NCBI GenBank assembly: GCA_026387835.1
Contig: JAPLKZ010000011.1
Span: 1-32,000, forward strand
DNA from: Candidatus Saganbacteria bacterium
GTDB taxonomy: Bacteria > Margulisbacteria > WOR-1 > JAKLHX01
Reading direction: 5' to 3'
Length of the DNA stretch: 32,000 nt
Position numbers and translations under genes: made by a program
Shown: positions 1-8,715 of the stretch, piece after piece
Position numbering within the stretch: the stretch's first letter is position 1
How the letters are laid out: each line of letters opens with the position of its first letter
Notes under the pieces: generated by a model
What the model was told of the DNA's origin: nothing
Seen by the model: only the letters and a program-made list of their open reading frames with translations
Databases searched by the model: none

Positions 1-282
1 GCAAATCTTTCTTCGACAATAAACGACCTGAAAGAGCAGGGGCTCTGGATAGTCGGGATCGATCACAACGGCAGTAACAAGTTAAGCGAAATTGATTATG
101 CGCTGCCCTTGGCGATAGTGATCGGCGGCGAGAACAAAGGGATAGCTCCTCTGGTAAAGACAAGATGTGATTTTATGGTAAGAATACCGATGAGGGGACA
201 GATATCCTCGCTTAACGCTTCAGTTGCTGCTGCTATTATTATGTACGAGGCTTACCGCAAGAGAAAACCGCAGAAGTTCTAG
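1..282 (+). CDS. rlmB: SpoU/TrmH-family RNA 2'-O-methyltransferase (RlmB-like), C-terminal fragment; 5' end lies outside the window
   Basis: Frame +1 is open from the window edge to TAG at 280-282. The translation ...LPLAIVIGGENKGIAPLVKTRCDFMVRIPMRGQISSLNASVAAAIIMYEAYR shows the SpoU knot motifs (GxEnxG, IPM.G...SLN.S.A). Confidence 0.8.
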   Translation, partial: ANLSSTINDLKEQGLWIVGIDHNGSNKLSEIDYALPLAIVIGGENKGIAPLVKTRCDFMVRIPMRGQISSLNASVAAAIIMYEAYRKRKPQKF

Positions 283-536
283 GCCTGCCTGTACCAGTAT
301 TTCATTATCATCAAGATAACTACTGTCGCGCAGGTGAAGAAGTTGGCTACAATGATAATCCAATCACCAAGATAGATCCCGTATATTGCCCAAAAGAACG
401 TGCCTATCGAGGAAAAAGACAGTGTGACCAGGGAAACATCTTTTAAATGCCCGGTCTTCAGACCTTTGATTATTTGCGGGACAAATCCGGTAGAAGTTAG
501 AAATGCCGCAAGTAAAGCTATGAATTTAAAAATCAT
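279..536 (-). CDS. SemiSWEET / PQ-loop (MtN3-like) small 3-TM sugar transporter
   Basis: The ORF 279..584 contains three hydrophobic helices and the PQ motif (GFVPQIIKGLKTGHLKDVSL). The internal ATG at 536 (MIFKFIALL...) gives an ~85-aa product, the typical SemiSWEET size, so I prefer it over the 584 start. Its stop overlaps the rlmB stop inside a CTAG. Confidence 0.65.
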   Translation of the reverse strand: MIFKFIALLAAFLTSTGFVPQIIKGLKTGHLKDVSLVTLSFSSIGTFFWAIYGIYLGDWIIIVANFFTCATVVILMIMKYWYRQA

Positions 537-586
537 GATGCGATTATAACATGGATCGGATTTGCCAAAGCAAAGGACAGTCAAAA

Positions 587-615
587 TTGAAAAAAACAGG
601 GTGTTTTGATAGTAT
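587..615 (+). promoter_or_regulatory. Putative sigma70-type promoter for tRNA-Tyr
   Basis: TTGAAA (587-592), a 17-nt spacer, then TAGTAT (610-615), which overlaps TATAAT (613-618). It lies ~20 nt upstream of the tRNA 5' end. Confidence 0.35.
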
Positions 616-635
616 AATTAAAGAGTTGCATTTGC

Positions 636-718
636 GGAGGGGTGGCCGAGCGGCTAATGGCAACAGACTGTAAATCTGTCGACGAAAGTCTTCGGAGGTT
701 CGAATCCTCCCCCCTCCA
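636..718 (+). tRNA. tRNA-Tyr (anticodon GTA), type II with long variable arm
   Basis: I folded the cloverleaf by hand. Acceptor GGAGGGG/CCCCTCC plus discriminator A. 3-bp D stem GCC/GGC. Anticodon stem ACAGA/TCTGT with loop CTGTAAA. Variable arm GAC-GAAA-GTC. T arm GGAGG-TTCGAAT-CCTCC. No CCA is encoded. Confidence 0.95.
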
Positions 719-720
719 AA

Positions 721-1911
721 TCAGAACTTCCAGGTAGCTCCTACCATCTGGGTCTTGTCAAAAGCGCCGCCGAGATAAGCGTAATCTACAATAAATCCGC
801 CGACGCCTACGGAAGCTCCCGCAGTCTTGCTGCCATCATAAAGACCCGCCCTTATGGCAATTCCGCGGATAGGACGTACTTCAACACCATAATGCATCGA
901 AGCTTTTTCGCCTCCCGCCACGTTCTGCGCGAAGACGTTATGCCCGTCAACAGCGATAGTGATCTCGTCTATAGGCTTGATCGCGGCTCCCGCATTGACC
1001 AGCATAGAATATCTGGTCACTGCGCCGTTCTGCCAGTTGATATCCGTTGTCAGGATCTCTTTTACCGCGAGACCGAGAGACAAATTAGGAAGCGGTTTAC
1101 CGATAGCGCCCAGGTCTATTCCGGCGCCGAACCCCTTGATCCCAGTGCTTATTACTTTGAGGTCATAGAAATTCAGGTTGGCGCCAACCGCCACTCTTTC
1201 TTCCCAGCCTGAGGCGACAGATACCGTGTACCAGTTGCGGAACTCGTCAAGTGCGGGGTTAATATCGTTAAGCCATGTCAAACCCAGTGCGAACTGAGCT
1301 TTGTTGTATGGAAGATCGCCCGGGTTCTCATACCTGTTATCCCAGTAAGTGTGACCGTGAGGCGCGAAATTCATATTTATTGTCAAATTCTGTATGGGGC
1401 CGAAGATGCCGGCAGATTTTTGGGCGTCCGGTTTAGGGGTCGCTCTTTTAACGGGATTCCTTGAATAAGAAGTATCCGTTCCTTTTTCTTTTACCTGAGG
1501 CGCCATCGACTGTTCCCTTCCGGTCTTTGGCACGCTGCTGGGGCCCCAATTCTTCTTGAGGATGCCCTGATCCCCGAGGTATTGCGCCGTCTGAACAGCG
1601 AATGCCGACATAACGCCAACCCCGAATATCCATTCAAAAGGTGATGACATAGGGGCTTCATAGCACATTTTGACAGCGGCAAGATTGTCTCCCATAACTG
1701 CGTTCCTGTTTGTTAATAAAGTAGAACCGGTTATATCCACTCCGGGATTAAATGCAAATCCCGCGGGATTCCAGTATGCCGCGTTGGCGTCATCCGCTAT
1801 CGCGGTGAATGCTCCCCCCATGCCCATAGGGCGCGCGCCGAAATATGCATATGCCGGGGCGGTAAAAATGACCAGTAACGCCGCAAAAACGATATGTTTT
1901 TTATATCTCAT
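721..1911 (-). CDS. Outer-membrane beta-barrel protein, FadL/TodX/PorV-like
   Basis: Signal peptide MRYKKHIVFAALLVIFTAPAYA. N-terminal hatch-like motif GARPMGMGGAFTAIADDANAAYWNPAG, following the G.G.A..ADDA....NPA pattern of the FadL/PorV families. Alternating amphipathic strands and a C-terminal aromatic residue (...GATWKF). Confidence 0.7.
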   Translation of the reverse strand: MRYKKHIVFAALLVIFTAPAYAYFGARPMGMGGAFTAIADDANAAYWNPAGFAFNPGVDITGSTLLTNRNAVMGDNLAAVKMCYEAPMSSPFEWIFGVGVMSAFAVQTAQYLGDQGILKKNWGPSSVPKTGREQSMAPQVKEKGTDTSYSRNPVKRATPKPDAQKSAGIFGPIQNLTINMNFAPHGHTYWDNRYENPGDLPYNKAQFALGLTWLNDINPALDEFRNWYTVSVASGWEERVAVGANLNFYDLKVISTGIKGFGAGIDLGAIGKPLPNLSLGLAVKEILTTDINWQNGAVTRYSMLVNAGAAIKPIDEITIAVDGHNVFAQNVAGGEKASMHYGVEVRPIRGIAIRAGLYDGSKTAGASVGVGGFIVDYAYLGGAFDKTQMVGATWKF

Positions 1912-1943
1912 TTATGACTCCTTTCCTTGTTATAATAAGATAT

Positions 1944-3740
1944 ATGACCAAAATAATCAACATCGCGATAATCGCCCATGTGGACCACGGCAAAACAACT
2001 TTGACAGACCACCTGCTGCGGCAGGGGGGAGCTTTTTCTGAAAGGGATGAAGTGCCGGAGCTTGTCATGGACTCCAATGATCTTGAAAAAGAACGGGGTA
2101 TAACCATATTCTCAAAAAACTGTTCGATACATTATAAGGACAATAAAATCAATATTGTCGATACTCCGGGACATGCCGACTTCGGTTCGGAGGTCGAACG
2201 CGTGTTAAAGATGGTGGACAGCGTTCTTTTGCTTGTTGACGCAAAAGAAGGCCCAATGCCCCAGACAAAATTTGTGCTTTCAAAATCCCTCAAACTGGGC
2301 TTAAAGCCGATAGTCGTCATAAATAAGATAGATAAAAAAGGCTCCCGTCCTGATAAAGTGATCGACATGATATTCGATCTGTTCGTTAAGCTGGAAGCCA
2401 CGGACGAACAGCTTGATTTTCCTGTTGTTTATTCTATATCAAGGGAGGGCATGGCAAAATACAACCTTGAAGATGAAGGCAAAGATCTTTCCCCTCTCTT
2501 TGAAACGATCCTGAAACATGTAAAGCCTTATCCTGATAAAAGTTCCGAAGCCCTTCAAATGCAGGTGACAAACCTTAAATATGATGATTATGTCGGACGT
2601 ATAGCTATAGGCCGTGTCAGCAGCGGAAAACTTGAAAAAAACGAGCAGGTTGTTGTCTGTAAAAGGGACGGTTCGATCGTCCCGGGCAAGATCACCAAGC
2701 TCTCGATATTCGAAGGATTAAAGCAGCTCGAGATAGAATCAGCGCAGTGCGGCGATATAGTCGCGGTAGCCGGTATGCCCGACATAACCATAGGGGAGAC
2801 GATATGCACTGCCGATAATCCGAAGCCGATGCCGCTGCTGCAGATCGATGAGCCGACACTTACCATGGAATTTCTCGTGAACGATTCTCCGTTTGCGGGA
2901 AAAGAAGGCAAATATGTGACCAACCGGCATCTGAAAGAGCGCATTGACAGGGAGCTCCAGACAAATGTAGGTTTAAGAATAGAATCCATCGGAGGCGCCG
3001 ACGGATACCGCATTTCAGGCAGAGGAGAGCTCCATCTGTCCATACTTCTTGAGAACATGAGGCGCGAAGGATATGAGATCGCCGTATCGCAGCCGGAAGT
3101 TATTATAAAAATAGTTCACGGGGAAAAGATGGAGCCTATAGAGCAGGCTTCGATATCGGTCCCGGAAGAGTTTGCCGGAGCTGTGATAGAAAAGCTGGGC
3201 AAAAGAAAAGGCGAGATGCAGGACATGAACGTAAAGAACGGCACGACTTTTCTTAATTATCTTGTGCCGACCAGGGGCCTGCTGGGGTTCCGGGCAGAGT
3301 TTATCATGGACACAAAAGGGGAGGGCATACTTCATCATGCTTTCTTCCGGTATGAGAGATATAAAGGGGACATCTCAAAACGGCAGAACGGAGTGCTCAT
3401 ATCGGGGGAGAACGGAAGAAGCGTTGCCTATGCGTTGAATAATCTGCAGGAGAGGGGCAGTCTTTTTATAGGCCCGGGAGTTTCTGTCTATACAGGAATG
3501 ATAATAGGGGAGAACGCGAGAAGAGAGGATGTCACGGCAAACCCTTGCAAAGAGAAAAAGCTTACAAATATGAGAGCCTCCGGTTCTGATGACCTCGTAA
3601 AGCTGACGCCGCCGATAAAGTTATCGCTTGAGCAGGCGCTTGAGTTCATCAACAATGACGAGCTTGTGGAGATAACGCCTCAGAATATCAGGTTAAGGAA
3701 GAAATACCTGACGGAGAACGAGCGAAAAAGACAAAAGTAA
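1944..3740 (+). CDS. typA: Translational GTPase TypA/BipA
   Basis: GTPase motifs G1 AHVDHGKTT, G3 DTPGHADF and G4 NKID, with the EF-G-like domain order and a ~600-aa length. The ATG at 1944 (MTKIINIAII...) is preferred over 1914, which sits 2 nt from the divergent OMP start. Confidence 0.95.
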   Translation: MTKIINIAIIAHVDHGKTTLTDHLLRQGGAFSERDEVPELVMDSNDLEKERGITIFSKNCSIHYKDNKINIVDTPGHADFGSEVERVLKMVDSVLLLVDAKEGPMPQTKFVLSKSLKLGLKPIVVINKIDKKGSRPDKVIDMIFDLFVKLEATDEQLDFPVVYSISREGMAKYNLEDEGKDLSPLFETILKHVKPYPDKSSEALQMQVTNLKYDDYVGRIAIGRVSSGKLEKNEQVVVCKRDGSIVPGKITKLSIFEGLKQLEIESAQCGDIVAVAGMPDITIGETICTADNPKPMPLLQIDEPTLTMEFLVNDSPFAGKEGKYVTNRHLKERIDRELQTNVGLRIESIGGADGYRISGRGELHLSILLENMRREGYEIAVSQPEVIIKIVHGEKMEPIEQASISVPEEFAGAVIEKLGKRKGEMQDMNVKNGTTFLNYLVPTRGLLGFRAEFIMDTKGEGILHHAFFRYERYKGDISKRQNGVLISGENGRSVAYALNNLQERGSLFIGPGVSVYTGMIIGENARREDVTANPCKEKKLTNMRASGSDDLVKLTPPIKLSLEQALEFINNDELVEITPQNIRLRKKYLTENERKRQK

Positions 3741-3747
3741 TATTGTC

Positions 3748-5529
3748 TTAATACTTCTCAAGTCTTTTCTTAAGAAGATTATGTTCCTGAACGATCTCTT
3801 TCGGCAGATCTTTCCCGAACATCTTGAAGAATTCTTTCTGGTCCTCGAGTTCTTTTCTCCACCCTTCCCTGTCAATGTGCAGGAGTTTTTGCATTGCGAC
3901 CATCGAGACATCGAGACCGGTAAGGTCTATATCCTTGGAGTCGGGGATATAACCGATCGGAGATTCCACCGCTTTTACTTTTTGCCTGCAGCGGTCGATT
4001 ATCCATTCAAGGACCCTGAGATTCTCGCCGTAACCGGGCCACATGAATTTTCCGCTTTCATCCTGTTTAAACCAATTGACGTGAAAGATCTTGGGAGGAT
4101 TTGCCATGTTCCTGCCCATCTTCAGCCAGTGGCCGAAATATTTTCCCATATTGTATCCGCAGAAGGGGAGCATTGCCATGGGATCACGCCGCACCTCGCC
4201 CTGTTTTCCGTATTGTGCCGCGGTCCGTTCGGACGCCATCGTCGCTCCGACATAGACGCCGTGCTGCCAGTAAAAGGATTCATATACAAGAGGGGCCAGT
4301 CTGGCCCTTCTTCCGCCGAAGATGATAGCTGAGATCGGGACCCCATGATGCTGTTCCAGCCTGTTGCTTATTGAAGGACACTGCGAAAGAGGCGCGGTAA
4401 ACCTGCTGTTCGGATGAGCCCCTAAAACCGTCCTTCCTTTTTCATCCGTCATTCCGGGTTTCCACGCTTTACCCTCCCAGTTTATGCCTTCTTCCGGTAC
4501 GGGGCCGTCGCCGTCTTCCCACCAGACAGTATTATCAGGCTTTAAAAGTACATTGGTAAAAATAGTATTTTTTCGGATAGTTGCAACCGCGTTAGGATTT
4601 GTCTTCGAATTTGTTCCCGGGGCAACACCGAACATTCCTGCCTCGGGATTGACCGCCCACAGAGACCCGTCGGTATCTATCCTCATCCAGGCAATATCGT
4701 CTCCTAAGGTCCATATACGGTATCCTTTGCTTTTTAGGCCTTCTGGAGGAATGAGCATCGCAAGGTTAGTTTTTCCGCAGGCGCTCGGGAACGCTGCTGC
4801 TATATAAGCAATATATCCGCTCGGATCTTCCACGCCCATTATCAACATATGCTCTGCAAGCCAGCCTTCTTTTTTTGCTATCCAGCTGCCAAGCCGCAGC
4901 GAAAGACATTTCTTCCCGAGCAAGACGTTGCCTCCGTATCCTGACCCGACGCTCCAAATAGTATTGTCTTCCGGAAAATGCAGTATCAGGCGCTTGTTTA
5001 GATCAAGGCCGGCTTTTCCATGGAGGCATTTTGTAAAATCACCGTTAGAGCCAAGTTTATCCAGGACAGTTTTTCCGATCCTTGTCATTATCCTCATGTT
5101 CAAAACGACATAAATGCTGTCGGTCAGTTCCACGCCTATCTTTGAAAATTCGGAACCGACCGGCCCCATACTGAAAGGTATGACGTACATTGTTCTTCCG
5201 GCCATGGAGTTCTTGAATATATCGCCGGCCTTTTTATACCCGGCTGTGGGCGACATCCAATTATTATTCGGCCCGGCATCGGCCTTTCTTTTTGTACAGA
5301 TATATGTGAGATGCTCGGTCCGGGCGATGTCGTTTTGCGCTGTCCTGTGATAAAAGCATCCCGGAAGCTTTTCCTGGTTCAATTCGATCAACTCCCCGGT
5401 ATAGCAAGCTTCTTTTTCAAGCCGTTTTTTTTCTTCATCGCTGCCGTCTATCCAGACGATCTTATCAGGCTTGCACAGGGCCGCCATCTCTTTGACCCAG
5501 GCGTTAAGCTTTTTGTGTTTTGAGCTCAT
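3748..5529 (-). CDS. pckG: Phosphoenolpyruvate carboxykinase (GTP)
   Basis: 593 aa with the GTP-PEPCK kinase-1a P-loop FPSACGKTN, plus the conserved blocks GDDIAWM and FHVNWF. The start is 1 nt after the stop of the upstream NIL-ferredoxin gene. Confidence 0.95.
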   Translation of the reverse strand: MSSKHKKLNAWVKEMAALCKPDKIVWIDGSDEEKKRLEKEACYTGELIELNQEKLPGCFYHRTAQNDIARTEHLTYICTKRKADAGPNNNWMSPTAGYKKAGDIFKNSMAGRTMYVIPFSMGPVGSEFSKIGVELTDSIYVVLNMRIMTRIGKTVLDKLGSNGDFTKCLHGKAGLDLNKRLILHFPEDNTIWSVGSGYGGNVLLGKKCLSLRLGSWIAKKEGWLAEHMLIMGVEDPSGYIAYIAAAFPSACGKTNLAMLIPPEGLKSKGYRIWTLGDDIAWMRIDTDGSLWAVNPEAGMFGVAPGTNSKTNPNAVATIRKNTIFTNVLLKPDNTVWWEDGDGPVPEEGINWEGKAWKPGMTDEKGRTVLGAHPNSRFTAPLSQCPSISNRLEQHHGVPISAIIFGGRRARLAPLVYESFYWQHGVYVGATMASERTAAQYGKQGEVRRDPMAMLPFCGYNMGKYFGHWLKMGRNMANPPKIFHVNWFKQDESGKFMWPGYGENLRVLEWIIDRCRQKVKAVESPIGYIPDSKDIDLTGLDVSMVAMQKLLHIDREGWRKELEDQKEFFKMFGKDLPKEIVQEHNLLKKRLEKY

Positions 5530-5530
5530 A

Positions 5531-5941
5531 TTATAATCTTACCTCAAACGCTCTCGGCGGGCAAGGTTTTACGCACAGCTCGCAGTCGATGCATTTTTCT
5601 TTATCAAATGATATTTTCATCTTGCTTCTGTCTATCTGCATCGCCCCGGTAGGGCATATTGTTATGCAGGCGCCGCACTGAGTGCATTTATCCTCGATCC
5701 AGCGGACCTCTTTTTTTAAAGGCTCTACCAAGACGCCCTGAGCTTTCATGAACTCAAGGCCCTTTTTCAAATTCTCATCACTGCCTGATATTTCGATGAC
5801 CATTTCTCCTTCATCTTCGGGCGTGATCCTTGCCTTAAGGATGTTGAAGGCAAGATCAAAATCCTTTGTCAGGTGATAGACAATAGGCTTGTCCACTTTA
5901 AGGTGGGGGAAAGTCAGCGCCAGCTTTTTTGAAGAGCTCAT
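5531..5941 (-). CDS. NIL-domain / 2x[4Fe-4S] ferredoxin protein (MA1822-type partner of COG1900)
   Basis: N-terminal NIL-like region (PIVYHLTKDFDLAFNILKARI). Two ferredoxin Cys clusters, CTQCGACITICP and CIDCELCVKPCP. GGAGG SD. It lies 2 nt downstream of the DUF39 gene. Confidence 0.85.
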   Translation of the reverse strand: MSSSKKLALTFPHLKVDKPIVYHLTKDFDLAFNILKARITPEDEGEMVIEISGSDENLKKGLEFMKAQGVLVEPLKKEVRWIEDKCTQCGACITICPTGAMQIDRSKMKISFDKEKCIDCELCVKPCPPRAFEVRL

Positions 5942-5943
5942 GG

Positions 5944-7164
5944 CTATTTGCCTCCGTTCTTATAAGGACGTTCATTGAGAAGCTTGAACTTTATCCCGCT
6001 GTCAGGTCCCGGGAGGTCTTTTACCGGTTCCGTCAGAAGGAACTTGCCGTTCTTTATGCGGTCTTTAAGGATGTTAGAGATCTCGGCCGCTTTTGGATAG
6101 CTTGAAAGAGAGGCGGTTTCCACTTCTTTCCCGTTCACCTTTATTTTCCCGGTCTTTAGATCGGCGTAAGATACTTCGCCGATGACATCCGGCTTTACGT
6201 TGGGGTAAACATCGCTGTAGTCGACGATAGGCGCGAGTATCTCGCTGTCCTTTAATGCGGCCCATTTTGCTATATCTTCGTCCAGTATCGGGATGGGCAC
6301 GCCGATGCCGACGTTCAGCGAAACGCCGTATCCCAGAAAGCTGACGCCTACGATCCATTTAGGGTCCATCTCTTTCAGGTCGCCGATAACCGAGAGTGTG
6401 CCTGAAGGCCTTTTTGGAACGCCTTTCTCGGTCCGCGGGGTCCCGGGATTATACTGGGTCCCGTTCCACGCGACATAGCCAGTTCCGCCGCCAAGGAATA
6501 TCCTGGTCCCGATGCCGATAGTCTTATAAAAAGGGTCCTTGAGGAGCGGACTTAACTGTCCCGCGCTGCAATAATTGGCATTTGCAAGGTTCGGCCGAAG
6601 GACGCCTAAATATGTATATATCGTCTTGTCCGAAAGATTGACGGCGACATTATAATTCTGATAGCAGTTCCTCGGATTGAACAAAAAAGCTTCGTTCAGG
6701 TCCTTTATATTCAGTAACGTTGAAAGTTTTTTCCTCGGATAGCAATCGGTCCCGTAGGCAGTAGCTTCAAATTTTACGTCTTTCCCGGCCACAAGATCAT
6801 GGATAACATGACCGCCGCCGTATTTGAATTCCCCGGGATAAACTTTATTCTCCGGATCATCATCGGGCATTTCTGTCGCGCCCAAATAAAGGTCTACAGC
6901 AGCAAGACCGGCGTAAGCATTTACCCCGTTGAACCATGCTTTGCTTATCTTTATCCTCGGTTTTGTGTGCCCGACGTTCAGGAACGCTCCGGACGAGCAC
7001 ATCGGACCGAATGTCCCCGTAGTCACCACGTCCACCTTCTTTGCGGCGCTTTCAATCCCTTCCTTGTCCGCAAGATCAATAAACTCTTCGGCATTGACCA
7101 CCACTACCTGGCCTTTCTTGATCTTTTCATTTATTTCATCATAAGTCCTTATCTGTTTTGACAT
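5944..7164 (-). CDS. COG1900/DUF39 homocysteine-biosynthesis protein (MA1821-type L-aspartate-semialdehyde sulfurtransferase-like), without CBS domains
   Basis: 406 aa. The N-terminal block VDVVTTGTFGPMCSSGAFLN...AYAGLAAVDLYLGATE is characteristic of DUF39. Strong SD AAAGGAGAGG. It is paired with a NIL-ferredoxin, as in methanogens. Confidence 0.8.
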   Translation of the reverse strand: MSKQIRTYDEINEKIKKGQVVVVNAEEFIDLADKEGIESAAKKVDVVTTGTFGPMCSSGAFLNVGHTKPRIKISKAWFNGVNAYAGLAAVDLYLGATEMPDDDPENKVYPGEFKYGGGHVIHDLVAGKDVKFEATAYGTDCYPRKKLSTLLNIKDLNEAFLFNPRNCYQNYNVAVNLSDKTIYTYLGVLRPNLANANYCSAGQLSPLLKDPFYKTIGIGTRIFLGGGTGYVAWNGTQYNPGTPRTEKGVPKRPSGTLSVIGDLKEMDPKWIVGVSFLGYGVSLNVGIGVPIPILDEDIAKWAALKDSEILAPIVDYSDVYPNVKPDVIGEVSYADLKTGKIKVNGKEVETASLSSYPKAAEISNILKDRIKNGKFLLTEPVKDLPGPDSGIKFKLLNERPYKNGGK

Positions 7165-7209
7165 AGTACCTCTCCTTTAATATATAATTTACATCTCTTT
7201 TTTATCAAG

Positions 7210-7225
7210 GCCCCCTTTTGGGGGC
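7210..7225. other. GC-rich hairpin GCCCCC-TTTT-GGGGGC in the 5' region of the COG1900 operon
   Basis: Perfect 6-bp G/C stem with a 4-nt loop, located between the ccdA terminator and the DUF39 start. No T-run follows it on either strand. Confidence 0.3.
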
Positions 7226-7258
7226 TATTCATTATCCATATCATATCAGTATCTCCAT

Positions 7259-7290
7259 AAAACAAAAAAACTCAGCGTCTTTTGCTGAGT
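7259..7290 (-). terminator. Rho-independent terminator of tlpA-ccdA
   Basis: The minus strand reads ACTCAGCAAAAGACGCTGAGTTTTTTTGTTTT: stem CTCAGC/GCTGAG followed by a 7-T run, ~95 nt downstream of the ccdA stop. Confidence 0.7.
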
Positions 7291-7381
7291 TATATCCACG
7301 GCTTTTTAGCACATTTATATAGCGCAGCAATACGACTCAAATCAGCGCTTTCCTAAATTATACAATCTTCAATATGCCAAG

Positions 7382-8074
7382 TCAAATCCCCGAAAAAGAA
7401 TTGAAAAGGTTCAATATCAATAATATTCCGGTGATGATGAGCAGCAGGCCGCTTAGAAAAGTGATGTATCTCATGTATTTTGATATCTTCGGGATAAAAG
7501 AGATCAGGCTGTTGACCATAAGAGCGGATATCAAAAACGGCACGGCCAGCCCCGCGCAATAAAAACATAGGAGAAATGTTCCGCTCAAGATGCTTGAGGT
7601 CGTTCCGGCAAGGATCAGTATGGTCCCGAGTATCGGTCCGACGCACGGTGTCCAGCCTGAGGCAAAGATCAATCCGGCAAGGAATGAGCTCAAGCTGTTC
7701 TTGGCTTTTAGCGAAGGCGCGAATTTTAGATAGCGGTTCAGCAAAGGACTATTGAACACCCCCATTATGAAAAGACCGAAGAAAATAATAATAAAACCAC
7801 CGACGATCCTTGTATATTCTTTGATATCGATCAACAGCTGGCCCAAAAAACTTATTGCGACCCCCAGCAGGATAAAGACCAAAGAAAAACCCAGAACAAA
7901 GAAAATAGAATTGATCAAAGTCACCTTTTGGGCGGCAGCCCGGTTGCTTTCAAGGTCTTTGAACGTGATCCCGGTAATATAAGATATGTATGACGGGACA
8001 AGGGGCAGTATGCAAGGTGAAAAGAACGACAAAAGACCCGCGGCAAAAGCTGTTAAAAATGAAACATTCTGCAT
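7382..8074 (-). CDS. ccdA: Cytochrome c biogenesis / thiol-disulfide electron transporter CcdA (DsbD-core family)
   Basis: A 230-aa polytopic membrane protein with the two conserved Cys motifs FFSPCILPLVP and GWTPCVGPILG. Confidence 0.9.
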   Translation of the reverse strand: MQNVSFLTAFAAGLLSFFSPCILPLVPSYISYITGITFKDLESNRAAAQKVTLINSIFFVLGFSLVFILLGVAISFLGQLLIDIKEYTRIVGGFIIIFFGLFIMGVFNSPLLNRYLKFAPSLKAKNSLSSFLAGLIFASGWTPCVGPILGTILILAGTTSSILSGTFLLCFYCAGLAVPFLISALMVNSLISFIPKISKYMRYITFLSGLLLIITGILLILNLFNSFSGI

Positions 8075-8075
8075 T

Positions 8076-8594
8076 TTATTCCTTTATCAGGGACTTTATA
8101 TTGCCGATGACTTCAGGCAAGTCCCATTCTCTTCCTCCGATGATCTTTTGGGCTATCTTCCCTTTTTTGTCGATGATAAAGGTGGTCGGGATGCTGTAGA
8201 TGCCATAGATATCGGAGACAGCATTGTCTTTGTCATGGAGCACCAGAAAAGAATACCCGCCTTTTTCTATGAACGCTTTGACAGTTCCCGTGTCAGTCCT
8301 GTCAATTGAAACGGCGATCATCTTAAAATCTTTCTTAGAGAGCGCGTTGTTCAGCCTTTCCATCGACGACATCTCGGCCCTGCAGGGAGGGCACCAGGTG
8401 GCAAAAAAATTCAGAAGGACGATCTTGCCCTTAAAATCCGACAGTTTTTTATAATGTCCCGATACATCTTTAAGTTTAAAATCCGGGGCGGGAGTTTTTT
8501 TTGCCGTGCCGCCTGAGGGGCCCTTTTCAGACATGGCAAAAGAAATTACAATGAGTAGCGAAAAGATCAGAATGAACGCGAAAATCCGTTTCAT
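8076..8594 (-). CDS. Periplasmic thioredoxin-fold thiol:disulfide oxidoreductase (TlpA/ResA-like)
   Basis: WCPPC active site (FFATWCPPCRAEM). Signal peptide beginning at MKRIFAFILIFSLLIV, so the ATG at 8594 is preferred over 8630. The stop is 1 nt from the ccdA start. Confidence 0.85.
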   Translation of the reverse strand: MKRIFAFILIFSLLIVISFAMSEKGPSGGTAKKTPAPDFKLKDVSGHYKKLSDFKGKIVLLNFFATWCPPCRAEMSSMERLNNALSKKDFKMIAVSIDRTDTGTVKAFIEKGGYSFLVLHDKDNAVSDIYGIYSIPTTFIIDKKGKIAQKIIGGREWDLPEVIGNIKSLIKE

Positions 8595-8642
8595 ACGGGC
8601 AATTATATGTTCAACCAAAAGACAAGTCAAATTTCGAGGACC

Positions 8643-8715
8643 AAAAAAAATGCCTCATTCCTACACGCGGTGGGCGACAGTCACTGCATGTTGTCGCCAG
8701 GATCTGAGGCATTTT
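8643..8715 (-). terminator. Long compound hairpin plus U-tract (intrinsic terminator or attenuator) just upstream of tlpA
   Basis: The minus strand reads AAAATGCCTCA-gatcct-GGCGACA-(12-nt loop)-TGTCGCC-(15 nt)-TGAGGCATTTTTTTT. This gives an 11-bp outer stem, a 7-bp inner stem and an 8-T run. Confidence 0.6.

Noticed and set aside
636-1911. tRNA-Tyr as a possible integration hotspot or genomic-island boundary.
   Set aside because: There is no integrase, no direct repeat of the tRNA 3' end, and no compositional break nearby. The flanking genes (SemiSWEET, OMP, typA) look native.
7165-7258. A SAM/SAH-type riboswitch or sigma70 promoter (TTGATA-16-TATATA, 7208..7181) in front of the homocysteine (COG1900) operon.
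   Set aside because: I see no SAM-riboswitch consensus elements. The candidate -10 ends only ~3 nt before the GGAGAGG Shine-Dalgarno, so the predicted transcription start would cut into the SD. Only the GC hairpin at 7210-7225 is reported, without a functional claim.
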